NCBI GenBank assembly: GCA_963716255.1
Contig: OY970303.1
Span: 6,720,001 to 6,784,000, forward strand
DNA: 64,000 nucleotides
DNA from: an uncultured Gemmatimonadales bacterium
Lineage (GTDB): Bacteria; Gemmatimonadota; Gemmatimonadetes; Longimicrobiales; Longimicrobiaceae
Reading direction: 5' to 3'
Shown here: in pieces, positions 59,409-64,000 of the stretch
Layout: each line of letters starts with the position of its first letter
How positions within the stretch are numbered: the first letter of the stretch is position 1
Made by a program: the position numbers and the translations under genes
Notes under the pieces: generated by a model
Database searches by the model: none
What the model was told of the DNA's origin: nothing
Seen by the model: only the letters and a program-made list of their open reading frames with translations

Positions 59409-62400
59409 CCTGCTTGCCCGGCTGGCGAAGCTTCCCCCGAGAAGCGCTGGCTTCTCGAGCAGCGGCTCCGGGGCGAGGAGCCCTCGCCCGGCGGGATCCG
59501 CCCGCGTCCCCCGGGCGGCGGGCCGCTGCGTCCGTCGTTCGCCCAGGAGCGGCTCTGGCTCATCGACCGGCTGGACCCGGGGCGGGCCGCCTACCACGTG
59601 CACCACGCGCTGCGCATCCGCGGCGGCCTGGACGTGGCGGCGCTGGAGCGGGCCCTCACCGCGATGGTGCGGCGCCACGAGTCGCTGCGCACGCGCTTTC
59701 CCACGGTGGACGGCCAGCCCGTGCAGCGGGTGGAGCCCGCGGGCCCCGTGCGTCTCCCCGTGGTCGACCTCGGCGGGCTGGGGTCGCGCCGGCGCGGGGC
59801 CGAGCTGGAGCGGCTGGCGGCGGAGGAGGCGCGGCGGCCGTTCGACCTGGCGGCCGGTCCGCTGCTCCGCGCCGTCGCGGTCCGGCTGGACGCGGACGAG
59901 GCGGGGGTGCTGTTCACGCTTCACCACATCGTCTCGGACGGGTGGAGCATGGGGATCCTCGTCCGCGAGGTGTCCGCGCTCTACGGCGCGTACTCGCGGG
60001 GGGCGGAGGCGCGGCTCCCGGAGCTGCCGGTGCAGTACGCCGACTACGCCCTCTGGCAGCGCGAGCGGCTCGCGGGCGAGCTGCTGGCCGGGGAGATCGG
60101 CTACTGGCGCGAGCGCCTGGCCGGGGCCCCCGGGCTGCTGGAGCTTCCCACGGACCGGCCCCGGCCCGCCGCGCAGGGCGACGCGGGGGCGTACCACGCC
60201 TTCACGATCGGGAAGGCAACCTCCGCGGCGCTCCAGGCGCTCTCGCGCCGCGAGGGGGCGACGCCGTTCATGACGCTGCTGGCCGCCTGGCAGCTCCTGC
60301 TGGCCCGCTACGGCGGCCAGGACGACGTGCTGGTGGGAACTCCGATCGCCGGGCGGGACCGGCTGGAAACGGAGGGGCTGATCGGCTTCTTCGTCAACAC
60401 GCTGGTGCTGCGCGCGGACCTCGCCGGCGACCTCACCTTCTGCCAGCTGCTCCGGCAGGTGCGCGCGTCCACCCTGGGCGCGTACCGGCACCAGGAGCTG
60501 CCGTTCGAGAAGCTGGTGGAGGAGCTGGGCGTGGAGCGCAGCCTCGCCCACTCGCCGCTGTTCCAGGTGATGTTCGTCCTCCAGAACAACGAGCAGGGCG
60601 AGCTGCGCCTGGGCGGGGCGGGGGTGGAGTCGCTGGCGGCGGGCGGGCCGGCGCCGGTCAAGTTCGACCTGACGCTGAGCCTGTGGGAGGCGGGGGACGA
60701 CATCCGCGGCGGGCTGGAGTACCGGAGCGAGCTGTGGGACGCCGCGACCGCCCGGCGCATGGCGGGGCACTACCTGGCCGTGCTGGAGGCCGCCGTCCGG
60801 GCTCCGGAGGCGCGCCTTCCGGAGCTGGAGCTGCTGGGGGCGACGGAGCGGCGGGTGCTGGAGGAGTGGAGCCGCGGCGACGCCGGGGACCCCGCGGAAA
60901 CCTGCATCCACCTCCTTTTCGAGGCGCGGGCGAGGCGGTCTCCCGACGCCGTGGCGCTGGTCTCCGGGGAGGAATCGCTCGGCTACGCGGATCTCGACGC
61001 CCGCGCCGGCCGGCTCGCGGGCTCGCTCCGGCGGCGGGGCGTGGGACCGGACGCCCGGGTGGGCGTGTGCCTGGAGCGTGGCCTGGACATGGTCGTCGCG
61101 GTCCTGGCGGTGCTCAAGGCCGGCGGCGCCTACGTGCCGCTCGACCCCGCCTACCCCGCGGAGCGGCTGGCGTACATGCTGGCGGACGCGGGCGTGGCGC
61201 TGCTGCTGACGCACGAAAGCGTGCGGGGGCGGCTTCCGGCGGAGCCCGGCGTCGAGGTGCTGAGCGTCGACGCGGAGTCGGCGGAGTCGGCGGGGGAGGG
61301 CACGGCGAGTCCCGGATGCGCGGCGACCCCGCAGAGCCTCGCGTACGTCGTCTACACCTCCGGCTCCACCGGCGCCCCGAAGGGCGTCATGGTCCCGCAC
61401 GGGGCCGCCGCCGGCCGGCTGGTCTCCGCGATGCGGGCGCTGGGGGTGGAGGAGGGGAGCCGCCTGCTGAGCACCGCGTCGCTTTCCTTCGACGCCTCGG
61501 TGCTGGAGATCTTTCTCGCCCTGGTGAGCGGGGCCACGCTGCACCTGGCCGACCGCGACACGGTGCTTTCCCCGGACGCGCTGGGGCGGCTGCTGCGGGA
61601 GCGCGCGGTGGACGTGTGGGTGAGCACCCCCGTGCTCCTGGCCTCGCTCCCGGCGGCGGACTTCCCCGCGCTGCGCGTGGTGAGCGCCGGCGGCGAGCGC
61701 CTCCCGGGCGAGCTGGCGGCCCGCTGGTCCGCGGGGCGGCGCATGTTCAACCTGTACGGGCCCACGGAGGCGACCGTCTTCGCGACGCTCCACGCGTGCG
61801 GGTCCGGATCGGCGCCGCCCCCCATCGGGAGGCCGGCGCCGGGCTTGCGGGCGTACGTGCTGGACGCGCGTGGCGGCCCGGCGCCCATCGGCGTGCCCGG
61901 CGAGCTGCACCTGGGCGGGGCCGGGCTGGCGCGCGGCTACCTGGGGCGCCCCGGGCTGACGGCGGAGCGCTTCGTCCCCGACCCGTTCTCGGGCGAGCCG
62001 GGGGCGCGGCTGTACCGCACGGGCGACCGGGCGCGCTGGCGCGCTTCGGGCGAGCTGGAGTACCTGGGCCGCATCGACCAGCAGGTCAAGGTGCGCGGCG
62101 TCCGCATCGAGCCGGGCGAGATCGAGGCGGCGCTGCGCCTGCACCCCGGCGTGCGCGAGTGCGCGGTGGTGGCGCGCGAGGACGCGCCGGGGGACCGGCG
62201 CCTGGTCGCCTACGTGGCGGGCGACGCGCAGGCGGACGGGCTGCGCGAGCACGCGCGGCGCACGCTGCCGGAGCCCATGGTGCCGGGCGCCTTCGTGGTG
62301 CTGGAGCGGCTGCCCCTGACCCCGGGGGGCAAGCTGGACCGCGCGTCGCTGCCCGCGCCGGAGTACGCGGCCGCGGCGCGCTACGTGGCGCCGCGCACGC

Positions 62401-64000
62401 CCGTGGAGGAGGTGCTGGCCGGCGTCTGGGCGGAGGTCCTGCGCCTGGAGCGGGTGGGCGTCGAGGCGAGCTTCTTCGAGCTGGGCGGCCACTCGCTGCT
62501 GGCGACGCGCGTGGTCTCGCGCCTCCGCGACGTCCTCGGCGTGGAGCTTCCGCTGCGTGCGCTCTTCGAGGCGCCGACGGTGGCCGGGCTGGCCGCGCGC
62601 GTCGAGGCCGCGCGCGCGGCCGGCGTGGAGGCGCAGGCGCCGCCGCTGGTGCCGCTGCCGCGCGACGGCGGGCCGCTGCCGGCGTCGTTCGCGCAGCGGC
62701 GGCTCTGGTTCGTGCAGCAGATGGATCCGCGGAGCTGGGCGTACAACATGGCGTACCCGCTGCGCCTGACGGGCGGGCTGGACGTGGGGGCGCTGCGGCG
62801 GGCGCTGACGGCGGTCGTGGGCCGGCACGAAGCGCTGCGCAGCACGCTGGAAGAGCGCGGCGGCGAGCTCGTGCAGGTGATCCACCCGCCCGCGCCGGCG
62901 CGGCTGCCCACGGTGGAGCTGCGCGGCCTGGCGGCCGACGCGCGGGAGCGGGAGGCGCGGCGGCTGGCGGAGGCGGATGCGCGGCGACCGTTCGACCTGG
63001 CGCGCGGGCCGCTGCTGCGGGCGGCGCTGCTGCGCCTGGACGACGAGGAGGCGGCGGTGCTGTTCACGCTGCACCACGTCGCCGGCGACGGGTGGAGCAT
63101 GGAGGTGCTGGTCCGCGAGGTGTCAGCGCTGTACGCGGCCGGGCAGCGCGGCGAGGCCGCGCACCTCCCCACGCTGCCGGTGCAGTACGCGGACCATGCG
63201 GCGTGGCAGCGGGCGTGGCTCTCGGGCGAGACGCTGGCGGAGCACGTGGGCTGGTGGCGGGCGCAGCTGGACGGAGCGCCCGCGCTGCTGGAGCTGCCGA
63301 CGGACCGGCCCCGGCCCGCCGTGCCGGGCGGCACGGCGGCCTGGCTCCCCGTCCGGGTGGACGCGGAGACCGCGGCGGGGCTGCGGGCGCTGTCGCGGCG
63401 CGAGGGCGCAACGCTGTTCATGACGCTGCTGGCCGCGTGGCAGGCGCTTCTGGGGCGCTGGGCGGGCCAGGACGACGTGGTGGTGGGCACGCCCATCGCC
63501 GGGCGGACGCGCCGGGAGACGGAGGGGCTGATCGGCCTCTTCGTCAACACGCTGGTCCTGCGCGCGGACCTCGGCGGGGATCCCACGTTCGGCGACCTGC
63601 TGCGCCAGGTGCGGGAGCGGACGCTGGGGGCGTACCAGCACCAGGAGCTGCCCTTCGAGAAGCTGGTGGAGGAGCTGGGCGTGGAGAGGAGTCTGGCGCA
63701 CACTCCGCTCTTCCAGGTCATGTTCGCCCTGCAGAACAACGAGCAGGGCGAGCTGCGCCTGGGCGGCACGGGAGTGGAGGCGCTGGACAAGGGCGCATCG
63801 GCGGCGAAGTTCGACCTGGCGCTGAGCCTGGAGGAGGTGGGGGAGGAGATCCAGGGAGGGATGGATTTCCGCGGCGAGCTGTGGGACGCCGCGACGGTCG
63901 AGCGCGTGGCCGACGCCTACGTTCTCCTGCTCCAGGCCGTCGCCGCCGGTTCCGGGCGGCGGATCCTGGACCTCCCGCTGACCACGGACGCCGAGCGCGG
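59401..64000 (+). CDS. NRPS 'gene F' (docking helix-C-A-T-C...), one-base frameshift at 59434-59438, truncated at the right window edge
   Basis: ATG 59401 overlaps the end of gene E (ATGAGTGA). Adding one C gives MSDLLARLAKLPPEKRWLLEQRL...PSFAQERLW, then HHIVSDGWS (~59923), [11 protein letters not shown] (~61341), YGPTE, GGHSLL (~62484) and a second C domain HHVAGDGWS (~63072). Code by eye DALVSGLVFK. Confidence 0.9.

Overview
The whole 64 kb window is the interior of one very large, very GC-rich hybrid NRPS/type I PKS gene cluster. Six megasynthetase genes form two divergent arms around a ~590 bp control region (28566-29158), and both arms run off the window edges. Left arm (minus strand): gene C (C-A-T x4), gene B (KS-AT-degenerate KR-ACP, then C-A-T x2), gene A (C-A-N-methyltransferase, truncated). 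Right arm (plus strand): gene D (C-A-T x2, KS-AT-ACP, C-A-T x2), gene E (docking domain, dual E/C-A-T, C-A-T, C-A-nMT-T, C-A-T), gene F (C-A-T-C, truncated). I count 16 adenylation (A) domains and 2 PKS modules. No thioesterase, tailoring, transport or regulatory gene is visible. Specificity codes read by eye give Ser-Ala-[ketide]-X-(D-)Asn-Gly-Ser-NMeGly-X-X for the right arm and X-X-Ser-Val-[ketide]-X-X-NMeX for the left. Most notable: (1) palindromic REP-like elements and CGCACTNN octamer repeats sit in frame in the same A-domain loop in several modules, one sharing an identical 27-mer with an intergenic copy; (2) four A domains carry an unfamiliar DI(F/L)HFG code and one carries a K/R-lined pocket; (3) twin non-reducing PKS modules have altered AT motifs; (4) an epimerase domain appears to have been deleted; (5) a dual E/C domain would act in trans; (6) two single-base homopolymer frameshifts are probably assembly errors. 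The host may be Gemmatimonadota (Longimicrobium-like), but that is only an impression from composition and repeat style. Gene letters A-F are my own labels.
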